Of a stretch of 64,000 nucleotides of DNA, positions 1 through 10,599 are shown in pieces. The DNA is from Candidatus Oleimmundimicrobium sp. (GTDB taxonomy: Bacteria > Actinomycetota > Aquicultoria > UBA3085 > Oleimmundimicrobiaceae). The position numbers and the translations under genes are program-made. The stretch is from assembly GCF_030651595.1 (NCBI RefSeq), contig NZ_JAUSCH010000004.1:74026-138025 (forward strand), written 5' to 3'. The stretch's first letter is position 1, and every line of letters begins with the position of its first letter. The notes under the pieces were generated by a model, which worked only from the letters and a program-made list of their open reading frames with translations, made no database searches and had not been told where the DNA came from.

Positions 1-921
1 ATGGTGACAATTGACCCCCAATCACCCGATATAGCACAAGGGGTGAATTGTGCTTATGAAGAGAGAGTCGGGAAAGCTAACGATAATAACTTAAACGATG
101 TTGGAGCAGGGGACCAAGGCATGATGGTTGGATATGCGTGCAAGGAAACCCCAGAGCTTATGCCTATGCCAATCATGCTTGCTCATAAACTTGCGCATAG
201 GTTAGCAGAAGTTAGAAAGTCTAAAATACTTCCTTATTTAAGACCTGATGGTAAAACTCAAGTAACTATGGAGTACGAAGACGGGAAGCCGCTTATGGTT
301 AACACGGTTGTTATAGCTGCTCAGCATCGACCAGATGTTGAAGTGGACACAATTTTAACACCGGACATAATTGACCATGTATTAAAACCTGTCATACCTG
401 AAGATTATATTGATTACGACAACGTTAAGATTTTTATCAATCCTACCGGAAAATTTGTATTGGGTGGCCCCTCTGCAGATACAGGATTAACTGGAAGAAA
501 AATTATAGTTGACACATATGGTGGAGCAGCAAGGACAGGTGGAGGTTGTTTTTCCGGTAAAGACCCAACCAAAGTGGATAGGTCCGGTCATTACATGGCT
601 CGTTATATAGCAAAGAATATAGTGGCAGCGGAGTTGGCCGACAAATGTGAGGTTCAATTGGCGTACGCTATTGGGGTTGCACGTCCTGTGTCAATTATGG
701 CTGAGTGTTTTGGAACTGCTAAAATTGATCCCAATAAAATTGAGGAACTAATAGGTGAATATTTTGATTGTCGACCGGCTGCAATAATAAATAAATTTGA
801 TTTAAGAAGGCCAATTTACAAAAAAACAGCATGCTATGGTCACTTCGGGCGGAACGATAAGGATTTTGCGTGGGAAAAAACCGACATGGCCGATGTTTTA
901 AGGAAAGAAGCCAATTTATAA
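1..921 (+). CDS. metK: S-adenosylmethionine synthetase (5' truncated by window edge)
   Basis: [39 protein letters not shown] motifs. Confidence 0.98.
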   Translation: MVTIDPQSPDIAQGVNCAYEERVGKANDNNLNDVGAGDQGMMVGYACKETPELMPMPIMLAHKLAHRLAEVRKSKILPYLRPDGKTQVTMEYEDGKPLMVNTVVIAAQHRPDVEVDTILTPDIIDHVLKPVIPEDYIDYDNVKIFINPTGKFVLGGPSADTGLTGRKIIVDTYGGAARTGGGCFSGKDPTKVDRSGHYMARYIAKNIVAAELADKCEVQLAYAIGVARPVSIMAECFGTAKIDPNKIEELIGEYFDCRPAAIINKFDLRRPIYKKTACYGHFGRNDKDFAWEKTDMADVLRKEANL

Positions 922-1245
922 ACACAATAACCTGGCTAGTGGAACTATATACTTAGATTAAGTTAGGTAAACTTATATGCGAGTGAAAACCTTAAGCTAA
1001 ACAAAGAAGGCTTAATTTAATGAATATATCTTGAGCTCTTTTGAAGTTTTTGGTGAAAAATCTCCTTTTAATGTAAAAAGGCCGGACTGAAAAAGTTGCA
1101 AAAAATTCAAACCGGCTTCAATGATGTTTTTAACGTGGGGCTTAAAAAGAATTGATGGCCTTATTGTTAATAATATAAACATTTTTCTTATAATTTGCTA
1201 AACTTGAGGTTAATAGGGGATGTAAAAGAATGAAAGGAGTATAAA

Positions 1246-1599
1246 GTGTTTAAGGGTAAAGAATCAAAAACAGTTACTAAAAATTCAAAAGCTACAATCA
1301 ATAAAACTTTTGTTGGCCAACAACCAAAAATTTTCAATCGCGAGAAGCAAGAATATGCTCAGTTAATGAAATTTATAGCTATATCAAAACAAATTATCGA
1401 TGAAAATTTCAGTGTTGATAAAATAGCAGAAAAAGTTTATCAATGGCTAAAAAAATATTATAAAAATAAAGAGAAAGTGCTTTTAAAATTAAACAATCAA
1501 GAACAAAAAATTCTTTTAAATAATCTAAAAAAATCGGATTCAGAAGAATGTAAAAGATTGGCGTCAATAATCGAAATTGAAACGCGAATATCCAAATAA
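1246..1599 (+). CDS. Hypothetical lysine-rich protein
   Basis: 117-aa ORF, GTG start with AAAGGAG RBS; no recognisable motif. Confidence 0.65.
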   Translation: MFKGKESKTVTKNSKATINKTFVGQQPKIFNREKQEYAQLMKFIAISKQIIDENFSVDKIAEKVYQWLKKYYKNKEKVLLKLNNQEQKILLNNLKKSDSEECKRLASIIEIETRISK

Positions 1600-1663
1600 A
1601 TCATCGACGCCTTGTTTCCACAAAGCATTATATTGTGATATGAACTTTTTTGGGGAGGTTTCA

Positions 1664-2056
1664 ATGAATGTTGCAGAAGAGCTTTTAGGCTCGAAAGTTA
1701 GGGCTAAATTGCTTGAAGTTATATTTTTAAATCCTGAAACACATTATTACGGCAGACTTTTACAGAAAATTACCGGCTTAGATCATAAAGCGATATGGAG
1801 AGAGTTAAATATACTTGAGAAAACAGGTGTTATAAAATCGGAGAATGATGGCCGATTAAAAAGATATAGCGTAGTTTCTTTTCATGGTTCAGAAGATCTT
1901 GCAAATTTTATACTTAAATCAAGTGGCAAATTAAGGACAACAAAGAAACGATTACAAAGTGGAGCAAAGGTAAAAACTAATAAGACTCAAGGGGAGCTAC
2001 CTATAAAATCCCCCAAAAAAATAAAACAACTCACATTTGAATTAAATAAGGTTTAA
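1664..2056 (+). CDS. Winged-helix DNA-binding protein with basic C-terminal tail
   Basis: LLGSKVRAKLL..F.NP...YYGR.L...TG....AIWREL..LE..G.I.S...GR...Y wHTH pattern; GGGGAGG RBS favours ATG 1664 over track start 1577. Confidence 0.8.
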   Translation: MNVAEELLGSKVRAKLLEVIFLNPETHYYGRLLQKITGLDHKAIWRELNILEKTGVIKSENDGRLKRYSVVSFHGSEDLANFILKSSGKLRTTKKRLQSGAKVKTNKTQGELPIKSPKKIKQLTFELNKV

Positions 2057-2076
2057 CCGAAAGTTTAGGTGAGAAT

Positions 2077-2859
2077 TTGAGTTCAAAGATAGGCATTATC
2101 GGTGGAAGCGGAATATATGAAGTTAAGGAATTACAGAAAAAAAAAGAGGAAAAAATAAAGACTCCATATGGAGAAATTTTGGTTTCTCATGCCAAGTGGG
2201 GAGATAGCGATCTTTTTTTCCTTCCAAGGCATGGCAAAAATCACAAAATTCCTCCTCATAAAGTAAATTATAGAGGGAATATATACGCGTTAAAACTTTG
2301 TGGCGTTGATAGAATTTTGTCAACTTCTGCATCTGGAAGCTTAAACAAAAAAATAAAACCCGGTGAAGTAGTTTTTATAAATCAATTTATTGATTTTACA
2401 AAAAGTAGACCCTCTACCTTTTTTGATGAGGGTGATGTTTTCCATGTTGATATGAGTGAGCCGTATTGCCCTGAGCTACACAATCTTTTCATTAAAGTTG
2501 CAAGTGAATTAGATATGAAATTCCACCCCGAGGGAACTTATTTATGTACGGAAGGCCCTAGATTTGAAACGCCGGCTGAAATAAAAGCATTTAAAATAAT
2601 GGGGGCTGATGTTGTAGGTATGACTAATGTTCCTGAGGTTATCCTTTCGAGAGAAGCAGAAATTTGTTATGCAAGCGTTGCGGTTGTGACAAATATGGCC
2701 GCTGGAATTGAGCAAAACAAACTTACCTCAGATGAAGTGTCGCAAGCAATGCAAGAGATGTCTCAAAGTGTTATTGAGCTTATCTTAAAGGTCATCAAAG
2801 AAATTCCAGCGAGAAGAAATTGCGCTTGTCGCAATGCTTTAAAAGGTTCTAAAATGTAA
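2077..2859 (+). CDS. mtnP: S-methyl-5'-thioadenosine/thioinosine phosphorylase (MTAP family)
   Basis: IGIIGGSG, PRHG, EGPRFETPAE, VVGMT motifs. Confidence 0.93.
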   Translation: MSSKIGIIGGSGIYEVKELQKKKEEKIKTPYGEILVSHAKWGDSDLFFLPRHGKNHKIPPHKVNYRGNIYALKLCGVDRILSTSASGSLNKKIKPGEVVFINQFIDFTKSRPSTFFDEGDVFHVDMSEPYCPELHNLFIKVASELDMKFHPEGTYLCTEGPRFETPAEIKAFKIMGADVVGMTNVPEVILSREAEICYASVAVVTNMAAGIEQNKLTSDEVSQAMQEMSQSVIELILKVIKEIPARRNCACRNALKGSKM

Positions 2860-4174
2860 TTCCTTTAAGCTTCTTTGAAAACAATCGAGCTTTGTTTAAA
2901 ATCTTTTCTTCGTTACAGGTCAACAAATTGCAGTTTTCGACGATTATTTTGCCATCGATTATAACCGTATCAACATCTGAACCTTTGGCGGAATAGGCAA
3001 GTTGTGAGTGTGCATCATAGAGGGGGACCAAGTGGGGTTTATTCGTGTCAAGCAGAACAATGTCAGCTTTTTTATTTATTTCCAATGAACCTATCTCTTT
3101 GTCGAGTCCGAATGATTTAGCGCCTCCCATTGTTGCCATCCATAGTGCTTGTTTTGCGCTTATTACTGTTGGGTCTTTTCTTGCAATTTTATGAAGTCTT
3201 GCAGCTGTTTGTATTTCGCCAAACATGTCTAAATCATTATTGCTTGCGGCTCCGTCGGTTCCCAGTCCTACCGTTATTCCCATCTTTAAAAGGTCAGGAA
3301 CAGGGCAAATTCCTGTTGCAAGTTTCATGTTACTTTGCGGGTTGTGGATGACTCCGGTTTTAGCCTCTTTTAATATTTCCATATCTTCCCTCGAAATCCA
3401 ATTAACGTGAGCCGCGCTAGTTTTTTCTGAAAGGACAGTTAAATCATTTAAATATGCTACGGAGGTCATCCCTTTTTCGGAAATTATTTTTTCATTTTCC
3501 CATTTTTCTTCGGCAAGATGTATTTGAAGAGGCACATCGTATTCTTTTGACATCTCAGCAGCTTGTTTAAGCAACCCAGAAGAGCATGTGTAGGGAGAAT
3601 GAGGCATAACTGCGGCCATAAGACGACTGCTTCCTTTTAAGCTTTCTATAAGCTTTTGTGCATTCTTTAAACCTTCTTCGGGTGATTTGCTGACTGGGGT
3701 TGGAAAATCGAGTAGGGGAACTCCAAGAATAGCCTTAATTTTAACATCTTCTAAAACTTCAGCAGCCACATTAGGTAAAAAGTACATATCACAAAAAGTT
3801 GTTGTTCCGCTTTTTAACATCTCTATTGCTGCGAGCTTTACGGCATTTCTAATGAATTCAGCATTTACGTATCGTGATTCAGCAGGCCAAATATGGTTTT
3901 CTAACCATTCTTTTAAAGGGAGATCATCAGCAAGTCCTCTAAAATAAACCATTGCAGCGTGTGTGTGCGCGTTTATCAAACCAGGAATAGCAATCTTATT
4001 TTTTGCAGAAACCGTTTTCCGGGCTCTATAAGCTTTGATTACATCCTCATTTTTTTCGATGTCAACAATTTTGCCGTCATCTATGGCTATTCCCGCATTT
4101 TCAATTACTGAGAAATTTTTATCAACGGTTACAGCCAAGCATCCTGAAATTAATAGATCAATTTGTTTTGGCAT
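2849..4174 (-). CDS. mtaD: 5-methylthioadenosine/S-adenosylhomocysteine deaminase (amidohydrolase)
   Basis: PGLINAHTH, FRGLADDLPL.EWL..HIWPAE, HNPQSNMKLA, GTDGAASNNDLD. Confidence 0.9.
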   Translation of the reverse strand: MPKQIDLLISGCLAVTVDKNFSVIENAGIAIDDGKIVDIEKNEDVIKAYRARKTVSAKNKIAIPGLINAHTHAAMVYFRGLADDLPLKEWLENHIWPAESRYVNAEFIRNAVKLAAIEMLKSGTTTFCDMYFLPNVAAEVLEDVKIKAILGVPLLDFPTPVSKSPEEGLKNAQKLIESLKGSSRLMAAVMPHSPYTCSSGLLKQAAEMSKEYDVPLQIHLAEEKWENEKIISEKGMTSVAYLNDLTVLSEKTSAAHVNWISREDMEILKEAKTGVIHNPQSNMKLATGICPVPDLLKMGITVGLGTDGAASNNDLDMFGEIQTAARLHKIARKDPTVISAKQALWMATMGGAKSFGLDKEIGSLEINKKADIVLLDTNKPHLVPLYDAHSQLAYSAKGSDVDTVIIDGKIIVENCNLLTCNEEKILNKARLFSKKLKGITF

Positions 4175-4216
4175 TTTGCCTCCATTTAAATGATTTTAAA
4201 ACAAAATAAAAAATTC

Positions 4217-5101
4217 TTACAAAACTTCGAGACTTACGTAACACAGACCTCTGCTTGGAGAATAAATTTTTGAAAAAGCTGTCTTCGATAAATCAATAAC
4301 CCTGCCCCGCGCATATGGACCTCTGTCAATTATTTTTACGGTTACTTGCTGGCCGTTTAAAAGATTTGTAACTCTTACCATTGTTCCTTTGGGAAGAGTT
4401 TTATGGGCAGCAGTTAATCCTGGAATATTATACCAGCTTGCCCAGCCCTTTTCGCAATTTTTTGTAGAATTTACGGGTTTTTCCAAGATTGGCACACTTT
4501 TTGGTGGTTTAATATATGTTTTTAAGTTTGAAAGAGCTATCTTTTCTTCGTTTAGTTCTTTCTTTAACTTTAGTTTCAGTTCGTTGGTTTGGGTCACCAA
4601 TTTTTCCTGTTTTTCATAATTTTCTTGCAGTTTACTTAATTGTAATTGAATTTCTGATTTTGAAAGTTGGAATTCTTTTATTAGTTTAGCGTCTTTTTTT
4701 GAGATATTAATTAAGGCATTAAGAGTAAAAAAGAAGTCGTGAACATTATTGTTATTAAGAAGAGTCATTGCCGGTAAAAAATCATTTTGTTTGTAAAGGA
4801 TTACAATTCTTGCACTTAGTCCATCTACTGATTTATTAAGATCACCCTCAGCATCGTTAAGACGGGTTTCAGTTTCAACCATTTCATTTTGAGATTTTAT
4901 AAGATATAACATTGCTTCGTTGTATTTTTTTACGGTTTTGTCCAGTTGTCCTTCAATTTTTTTTGTATCAAGTTTTAATTTTTTAGTTTCTTCATTTTGA
5001 ACTGCTAAAATTGTTGTCGGGGTTAAGCTTAAAATAATAATTAAAATAGTTGCCGAATAAAAAACTTTGGCTGGAAAATTTTTTGAGGAAAGTAACTTCA
5101 A
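4217..5101 (-). CDS. Secreted coiled-coil protein with C-terminal RlpA-like lytic transglycosylase (DPBB) domain
   Basis: Signal peptide, long coiled coil, ASWY...TAAHKTLP.GT.VRVTN..NG..V.V.I.DRGPY. Confidence 0.88.
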   Translation of the reverse strand: MKLLSSKNFPAKVFYSATILIIILSLTPTTILAVQNEETKKLKLDTKKIEGQLDKTVKKYNEAMLYLIKSQNEMVETETRLNDAEGDLNKSVDGLSARIVILYKQNDFLPAMTLLNNNNVHDFFFTLNALINISKKDAKLIKEFQLSKSEIQLQLSKLQENYEKQEKLVTQTNELKLKLKKELNEEKIALSNLKTYIKPPKSVPILEKPVNSTKNCEKGWASWYNIPGLTAAHKTLPKGTMVRVTNLLNGQQVTVKIIDRGPYARGRVIDLSKTAFSKIYSPSRGLCYVSLEVL

Positions 5102-5231
5102 ATTAGTCTCACCCCTTGAATATCATAGGGCACAAATTTAAGAAAAATTATAGCATAGATGATAAGATTTGGAAGAATTGTTAAATGGTATAGATTTAAA
5201 AAATTTTATTTATGATTGCGTAGAGGTTAAA

Positions 5232-7679
5232 TTGTCTAAAAAAATTGCTCAAATAATCATCGATATCCCTGTTAAAAATGTAGATCGTCCCTTCGAGTAT
5301 TCAGTACCATCAAACATCGAGGGAAATATTAATATCGGCTCCTCGGTATTGGTTTCTTTTGGGTCACGCCTGCAGTTAGGTTATGTTGTCGGTTTTCTTG
5401 AAAAACCCACTGTAAAATATTTAAACCCAATTCTCGATTTGATAGAGAAAGAACCTATCTTTGATAAAAATATGATAAATTTGTGCCGTTGGATTTCGGA
5501 ACATTATTTATCGACTTTAAGTGAGTCCTTAAAACTTATTTTTCCTCCAGGAAGACTTAGACGGTTGCAGCAAGTTTTAATTTTGCAAGATGAGGTGGGA
5601 AAAAAATTACCCACGGAACGTCAAAAAGAGTTTGTAAGTTTTCTCGAAAAAATGGGAGGAGAGGTTCCTCTTAATAAAATTCGAAAACGTTACCCGGTTG
5701 GCTTATCAAGTTTAATTGGGAATCTTGAAAAGAATGGTTTTTTAAAGAAAAAATATGTAATTTCTAAGCCCCGAATTAATACAAAAATAGAAAGGTATGC
5801 TGCTTTAAATCCTTCAATAGATGATCCGAAAAATTTAATTGCTTCCTTAGGCACAAGAGCACCTAAACAAAAAAAACTGATAGCGCTTCTTTTAGAAGAA
5901 AAAAGCATGCCGGTACATAAACTTCTTTCAATTACAGGTAGCTCGCATCAGTCTTTAAAATCTCTAACAAAAAAGAAAATTGTGGTCCTGAGCGAAAAAC
6001 CGACATTCAGAGAGTCAGATTTCTTTTATCCCGAAAATTTTTCTCTTCCCATTCAATTGACCAACGAGCAAACTAAAGCGCTTAAGCGAGTAAAAGAGGC
6101 CATTAATAAAGAGATGTATCATGTTCAACTTTTACAAGGGGTAACCGGTAGCGGAAAGACTGAAATCTATTTGCAAGCTATAGTTGAAGTTTTAAATAAA
6201 GACAAGACGGCCATAGTTCTTGTTCCCGAAATTGCCCTAACTCCGCAAACGGTTCATAGGTTTCGCTCTCGTTTCGGTGAAGCAGTTGCGGTTCTTCATA
6301 GTGGCCTTGGACTTGGTGAACGGTTTGATCAATGGGAAAAAGTTAAACACGGGAAATGCAACATTGTTGTTGGTGCACGCTCTGCTCTTTTTGCACCTTT
6401 AAAAAATTTAGGGCTTATTGCTATCGATGAAGAGCACGAAATTAGCTATAAGCAAAATAGTAATCCTCGTTACCATGCAAGAGATGTCGCTAAAAAATTG
6501 GCCAAATTAAACAATGCTTTATTAATCTTAGGGAGTGCTACACCAAGCATAGAAAGCAAACATGAAGCCGAACAAAAAAACTACGAACTTCTTAGATTAA
6601 CTAAAAGAGTTAAAGATATAAAATTTCCACAAGTTGAGATAGTCGATATGAGAGAGGAGAGCTCAAAGGAAAATTTTGGGATATTTAGCCCAACGCTCCT
6701 TACCGAAATGGAGAAATGCATATCTTCTAAGAAAAAAATGATACTTTTTTTAAATCGACGCGGTTATGCTAACTTTATTTTGTGTAGAGATTGCGGCTTT
6801 GTTTTAAAGTGCAAACGATGCGATGTTTCATTAGTCTATCATTTTAATGACAAAACAATGCGTTGCCATCACTGTGGTTATACTGTTTATTTTTCAAAGC
6901 TATGTCCTAATTGCAAGGGGCATCGAATAGGGTATTTTGGTTTAGGAACACAACGCGTTGAGAGCGAAATTAAAAAAATTTTCCCTGATGTGCCTTTAAT
7001 CCGCATGGATGCGGATACGACTACGAAAAGAGATTCCCACCGTAAAAAATTAATCGAGTTTGAAAACTTAGATGTGGGAATACTTTTGGGAACCCAGATG
7101 ATTGCAAAAGGGTTAGATTTTCCGGATGTAACGTTAGTTGGCGCAATAAACGCTGACACGGCTCTACATTTACCGGATTTTAGGGCGAGTGAGCGAACTT
7201 TTCAATTATTAATGCAATTGAGTGGCAGGGCAGGTCGAGGGGGATTTCCTAGTAAGGTAATCATACAGACCTACTGTCCTGATTCATACGCAATTTCTGC
7301 AATAGAAAAGTACACATATGATGAATTTTTTAAAGAAGAAATAAAAACAAGAGACGAGCTTAGCTATCCTCCATTCTCTCAATTAATTAACATTTTGTTC
7401 TTGGGTAAAGACGAAAAAAAAGTAATTGAAGAAGCTTATTCATTTAGCGATACTTTCACCAAAACCGGTGAAAAAAAATGGTTGAAGAGTTCTTTGGGTC
7501 CGGTGCCGGCGCCACTTTCAAAAATTAAAAACAAATATCGCTGGCATATGATTTTAAAAACTACTAATTCTGTTGAGGCGGCCAATTTTTTAAGAGAAAA
7601 TTTAAAAACTTTGATTTCAAAGAAATATGCAAAAGATGTTAATATATTAATAGACGTAGATCCGATTTGGACGTTATAG
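5232..7679 (+). CDS. priA: Primosomal protein N' helicase
   Basis: GVTGSGKTE, VPEIALTPQ, DEEH, four CxxC pairs, GTQMIAKG; GAGG RBS favours TTG 5232 (track start 5169). Confidence 0.97.
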   Translation: MSKKIAQIIIDIPVKNVDRPFEYSVPSNIEGNINIGSSVLVSFGSRLQLGYVVGFLEKPTVKYLNPILDLIEKEPIFDKNMINLCRWISEHYLSTLSESLKLIFPPGRLRRLQQVLILQDEVGKKLPTERQKEFVSFLEKMGGEVPLNKIRKRYPVGLSSLIGNLEKNGFLKKKYVISKPRINTKIERYAALNPSIDDPKNLIASLGTRAPKQKKLIALLLEEKSMPVHKLLSITGSSHQSLKSLTKKKIVVLSEKPTFRESDFFYPENFSLPIQLTNEQTKALKRVKEAINKEMYHVQLLQGVTGSGKTEIYLQAIVEVLNKDKTAIVLVPEIALTPQTVHRFRSRFGEAVAVLHSGLGLGERFDQWEKVKHGKCNIVVGARSALFAPLKNLGLIAIDEEHEISYKQNSNPRYHARDVAKKLAKLNNALLILGSATPSIESKHEAEQKNYELLRLTKRVKDIKFPQVEIVDMREESSKENFGIFSPTLLTEMEKCISSKKKMILFLNRRGYANFILCRDCGFVLKCKRCDVSLVYHFNDKTMRCHHCGYTVYFSKLCPNCKGHRIGYFGLGTQRVESEIKKIFPDVPLIRMDADTTTKRDSHRKKLIEFENLDVGILLGTQMIAKGLDFPDVTLVGAINADTALHLPDFRASERTFQLLMQLSGRAGRGGFPSKVIIQTYCPDSYAISAIEKYTYDEFFKEEIKTRDELSYPPFSQLINILFLGKDEKKVIEEAYSFSDTFTKTGEKKWLKSSLGPVPAPLSKIKNKYRWHMILKTTNSVEAANFLRENLKTLISKKYAKDVNILIDVDPIWTL

Positions 7680-7744
7680 TTCAGAAGATGAAATAAGATC
7701 TTGAAATAATTTTTTTGCAATATTTTAAATGACGGAGGTTTGTT

Positions 7745-8236
7745 GTGACAGTTTTAAAAATTAGAGAATTTGGAGATCCTGGGCTTAAAGAAAAATGTCA
7801 CAAGATCGTCGTTGGAAAACAAAACCTAAACGAGCTTATAAAAAACATGGCGGATACGATGTATGGTGCGCCCGGAGTTGGGCTTTCTGCTCCTCAAGTG
7901 GGGATTTTGGAACAATTGTTTATTTATGATGTAGGTGACGGCCTTCAGGTTTACATAAATCCTAAAATTGTTGCTGTGGAAGGTGAAGATATAGACGAAG
8001 AGGGCTGTCTAAGCATTCCAAATATTCAAGTTCCGGTGAAAAGGGCCAAAAAAGTGAAAATTTCAACTTTAAACGCGAAGGGAAAGAACGTCACATTTGT
8101 GGCAGATGGTTTATTGGCACGAGTCATTCAACACGAGATAGACCATTTAAACGGGATACTTATTCTCGACAAAACAGACGTTGCAAATAGAAGGAATGCT
8201 TTAATGGAGCTTAGCAAAAAGATTGAGATAGATTAA
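7745..8236 (+). CDS. def: Peptide deformylase
   Basis: GVGLSAPQVG, EGCLS, QHEIDHLNG. Confidence 0.98.
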   Translation: MTVLKIREFGDPGLKEKCHKIVVGKQNLNELIKNMADTMYGAPGVGLSAPQVGILEQLFIYDVGDGLQVYINPKIVAVEGEDIDEEGCLSIPNIQVPVKRAKKVKISTLNAKGKNVTFVADGLLARVIQHEIDHLNGILILDKTDVANRRNALMELSKKIEID

Positions 8237-8237
8237 A

Positions 8238-9182
8238 GTGGAGGAAAATTTGAAAATTATATTTGCCGGAACTCCAAAGTTCGCATTGCCATCTTTAAAA
8301 ACTTTATTAAATTCTCACCATGAAATAATCGCAATAATAACTCAACCGGATAGACCAAGAGGAAGGCATTTAAAATTAATGGCTTCACCCATAAAAAAAA
8401 TGGCAATTAGTTATAAAATACCAGTATTTCAGCCATTAACCCTAAATAATGAGGAGTTTAAAGAAAAAATAGTTGAACTTAAACCTGATATAGTTATAGT
8501 GGTTGCTTTTGGGCAATTAATTCCTCAGTGGTTACTTAACTTACCGAAATATGGGTGTGTAAATGCTCACGCATCTCTTTTGCCAAAATATCGTGGAGCG
8601 GCTCCAATTCAAAGAGTTATTATGGATGGTTCTTCTGAAACAGGTGTAACAACCATGTTTATGGATAACGAGCTTGATACAGGCGATATATTGTTGCAAA
8701 CAAAGGTATCTATCTCTGATGATGAAACCGCCGGAGAGTTGCACGACAAGCTCGCCGAGCTAAGTTCCAATTTACTTTTAAAGACCATTGACGGCCTTGA
8801 TGCGGGAACCATTAAACCGATAAGGCAAAATGATACTGAGGCCAGTTTTGCTCCAAAAATTAAAGACAATGAAACCAAAATTAATTGGGGCAATTCTGCC
8901 GAAAAAATTAGAAATATTATTCGTGCATTAAATCCAACTCCCGGGGCACACACTCTCTTTAAAGGTAAACGGTTAAAAATTTTTAAAGTCGAGACAGTTT
9001 CCCCAAAAAACCATTTCCCCCCGGGGACAATTAGCGAAGTGGAAAAGAATATTGGTTTTATGGTTAATGCTTCAGATAAGGCCCTTTTGATTCTCGAAGT
9101 TCAACCTGAAGGTAAAAGAATTATGGCTGCCAATGAATTTTGTAAAGGCCATAATCTTAAAAAGGGAGACAGGGTCGAGTAA
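8238..9182 (+). CDS. fmt: Methionyl-tRNA formyltransferase
   Basis: FAGTP.FA, TQPDRP.GR, HASLLPKYRGAAPI. Confidence 0.98.
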   Translation: MEENLKIIFAGTPKFALPSLKTLLNSHHEIIAIITQPDRPRGRHLKLMASPIKKMAISYKIPVFQPLTLNNEEFKEKIVELKPDIVIVVAFGQLIPQWLLNLPKYGCVNAHASLLPKYRGAAPIQRVIMDGSSETGVTTMFMDNELDTGDILLQTKVSISDDETAGELHDKLAELSSNLLLKTIDGLDAGTIKPIRQNDTEASFAPKIKDNETKINWGNSAEKIRNIIRALNPTPGAHTLFKGKRLKIFKVETVSPKNHFPPGTISEVEKNIGFMVNASDKALLILEVQPEGKRIMAANEFCKGHNLKKGDRVE

Positions 9183-10522
9183 TGATTATATCAGCTAGAG
9201 AGTTAGCCCTAAATGTTATTTATAAAGTTCACACGGATAAAGGTTTTGTAAATCCTCTTCTATCTAAAGCTTTTACAAAAAGCAAATTATCACGTTTAGA
9301 TAAAGCTCTTACAACAGAGCTTGTATATGGAACGCTGAGAATGGAAGGTTCGATTGATTGGATTATTTCTCAGTTTTCTTCCAGAAAAATTAATGAAATT
9401 TCTCCTAAAGCACTCGATATTTTGAGACTTGGAGTTTACCAAATTTTTTATTTAGATAAAATCCCCGCTAGGGCGGCTATTGATGAATCCGTAAAACTTG
9501 CTAAGAAAAATTTTCATCAAGGAATTGCAAACTTTACAAACGGGATTCTTCGCGAAATAGAGCGGAACAAAGATAAAATAATCTACCCCAAAAAGGAAGA
9601 TGATTTAGTAACTTACATTTCCATAAAATATTCCCACCCTAAATGGCTGGTCCAAAAATGGATAAGGGAGATGGGGCCGGAGGAGACAGAGGATTTATGT
9701 AAGGAAAACAACGTGAGGCCAAAACTTAAACTACGAACAAACCTTCTAAAAAATACGGCCAAAAAATTGGCAAATTTGCTTAAAAAGAAAGGTATTACAA
9801 CTTTTCCAAGTGATTTATTACCTGAGGGTTTGGTAATTGCTGACGGATTGAATTTAGATGAATTAGAGGAATTTAAAAAGGGTCTTTTCTTCGTTCAAGA
9901 CGAAAGCTCAATGGTGGTTTCTCATGTTTTAAGTCCTCAAGAAGGTGAAACTGTCTTAGACATATGTGCTGCTCCTGGAGGGAAAACAACCCATTTGGCC
10001 GAGATTATGAAGAATAAAGGACTAATTATTGCCATCGATATTAATTCGGCGCGGTTGTGCCTTCTTGAACAGTCATGTAAAAGAATGGGTTGTGAAATAG
10101 CTTCTATTGTTGAGCTTGATGCGTTAAAGCTGGATAAGTTATTGCGTAAGCCGGTGGATAAGATCTTGCTCGATGCTCCTTGCTCGGGTTTGGGGGTATT
10201 AGCGCGAAGACCGGACGCGCGGTGGAGAAAAAATTCGCAACAAATCCGTGAACTTGCTATCTTACAACAAAAATTGCTCGAATCCGCCGCGCGTTTTCTT
10301 AAATGCGGGGGCAGGTTAGTTTATTCGGTTTGCACTATTTCAAATGAGGAAACACTTGATATAATTACTAATTTTCTTGATACTCATTCCGAATTCGAGC
10401 TTGAAGATATAAACGACCGGTTACCGAAACAATTAAAAACTGGAGATAAATGGATACAATTTTTACCGCACAAACACAAAACCGATGGAATGTTTATTGC
10501 AAGTTTAATTAGAATTAAATAA
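9182..10522 (+). CDS. rsmB: 16S rRNA m5C967 methyltransferase
   Basis: NusB-like N-terminus, QDESS, CAAPGGKT, DAPCSG, YSVCT. Confidence 0.96.
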   Translation: MIISARELALNVIYKVHTDKGFVNPLLSKAFTKSKLSRLDKALTTELVYGTLRMEGSIDWIISQFSSRKINEISPKALDILRLGVYQIFYLDKIPARAAIDESVKLAKKNFHQGIANFTNGILREIERNKDKIIYPKKEDDLVTYISIKYSHPKWLVQKWIREMGPEETEDLCKENNVRPKLKLRTNLLKNTAKKLANLLKKKGITTFPSDLLPEGLVIADGLNLDELEEFKKGLFFVQDESSMVVSHVLSPQEGETVLDICAAPGGKTTHLAEIMKNKGLIIAIDINSARLCLLEQSCKRMGCEIASIVELDALKLDKLLRKPVDKILLDAPCSGLGVLARRPDARWRKNSQQIRELAILQQKLLESAARFLKCGGRLVYSVCTISNEETLDIITNFLDTHSEFELEDINDRLPKQLKTGDKWIQFLPHKHKTDGMFIASLIRIK

Positions 10523-10599
10523 CTGTGTATCTTAAGCAACGTTGAAGATTGTTTGGTTCAATGTTAAAATTTAACAAATTTATTCACAAAGGAATGATG

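Noticed and set aside
1079-1118. GCCGG/CCGGC hairpin downstream of metK as a SAM riboswitch
   Set aside because: No S-box or other SAM-class core motifs; more likely a simple terminator-like hairpin
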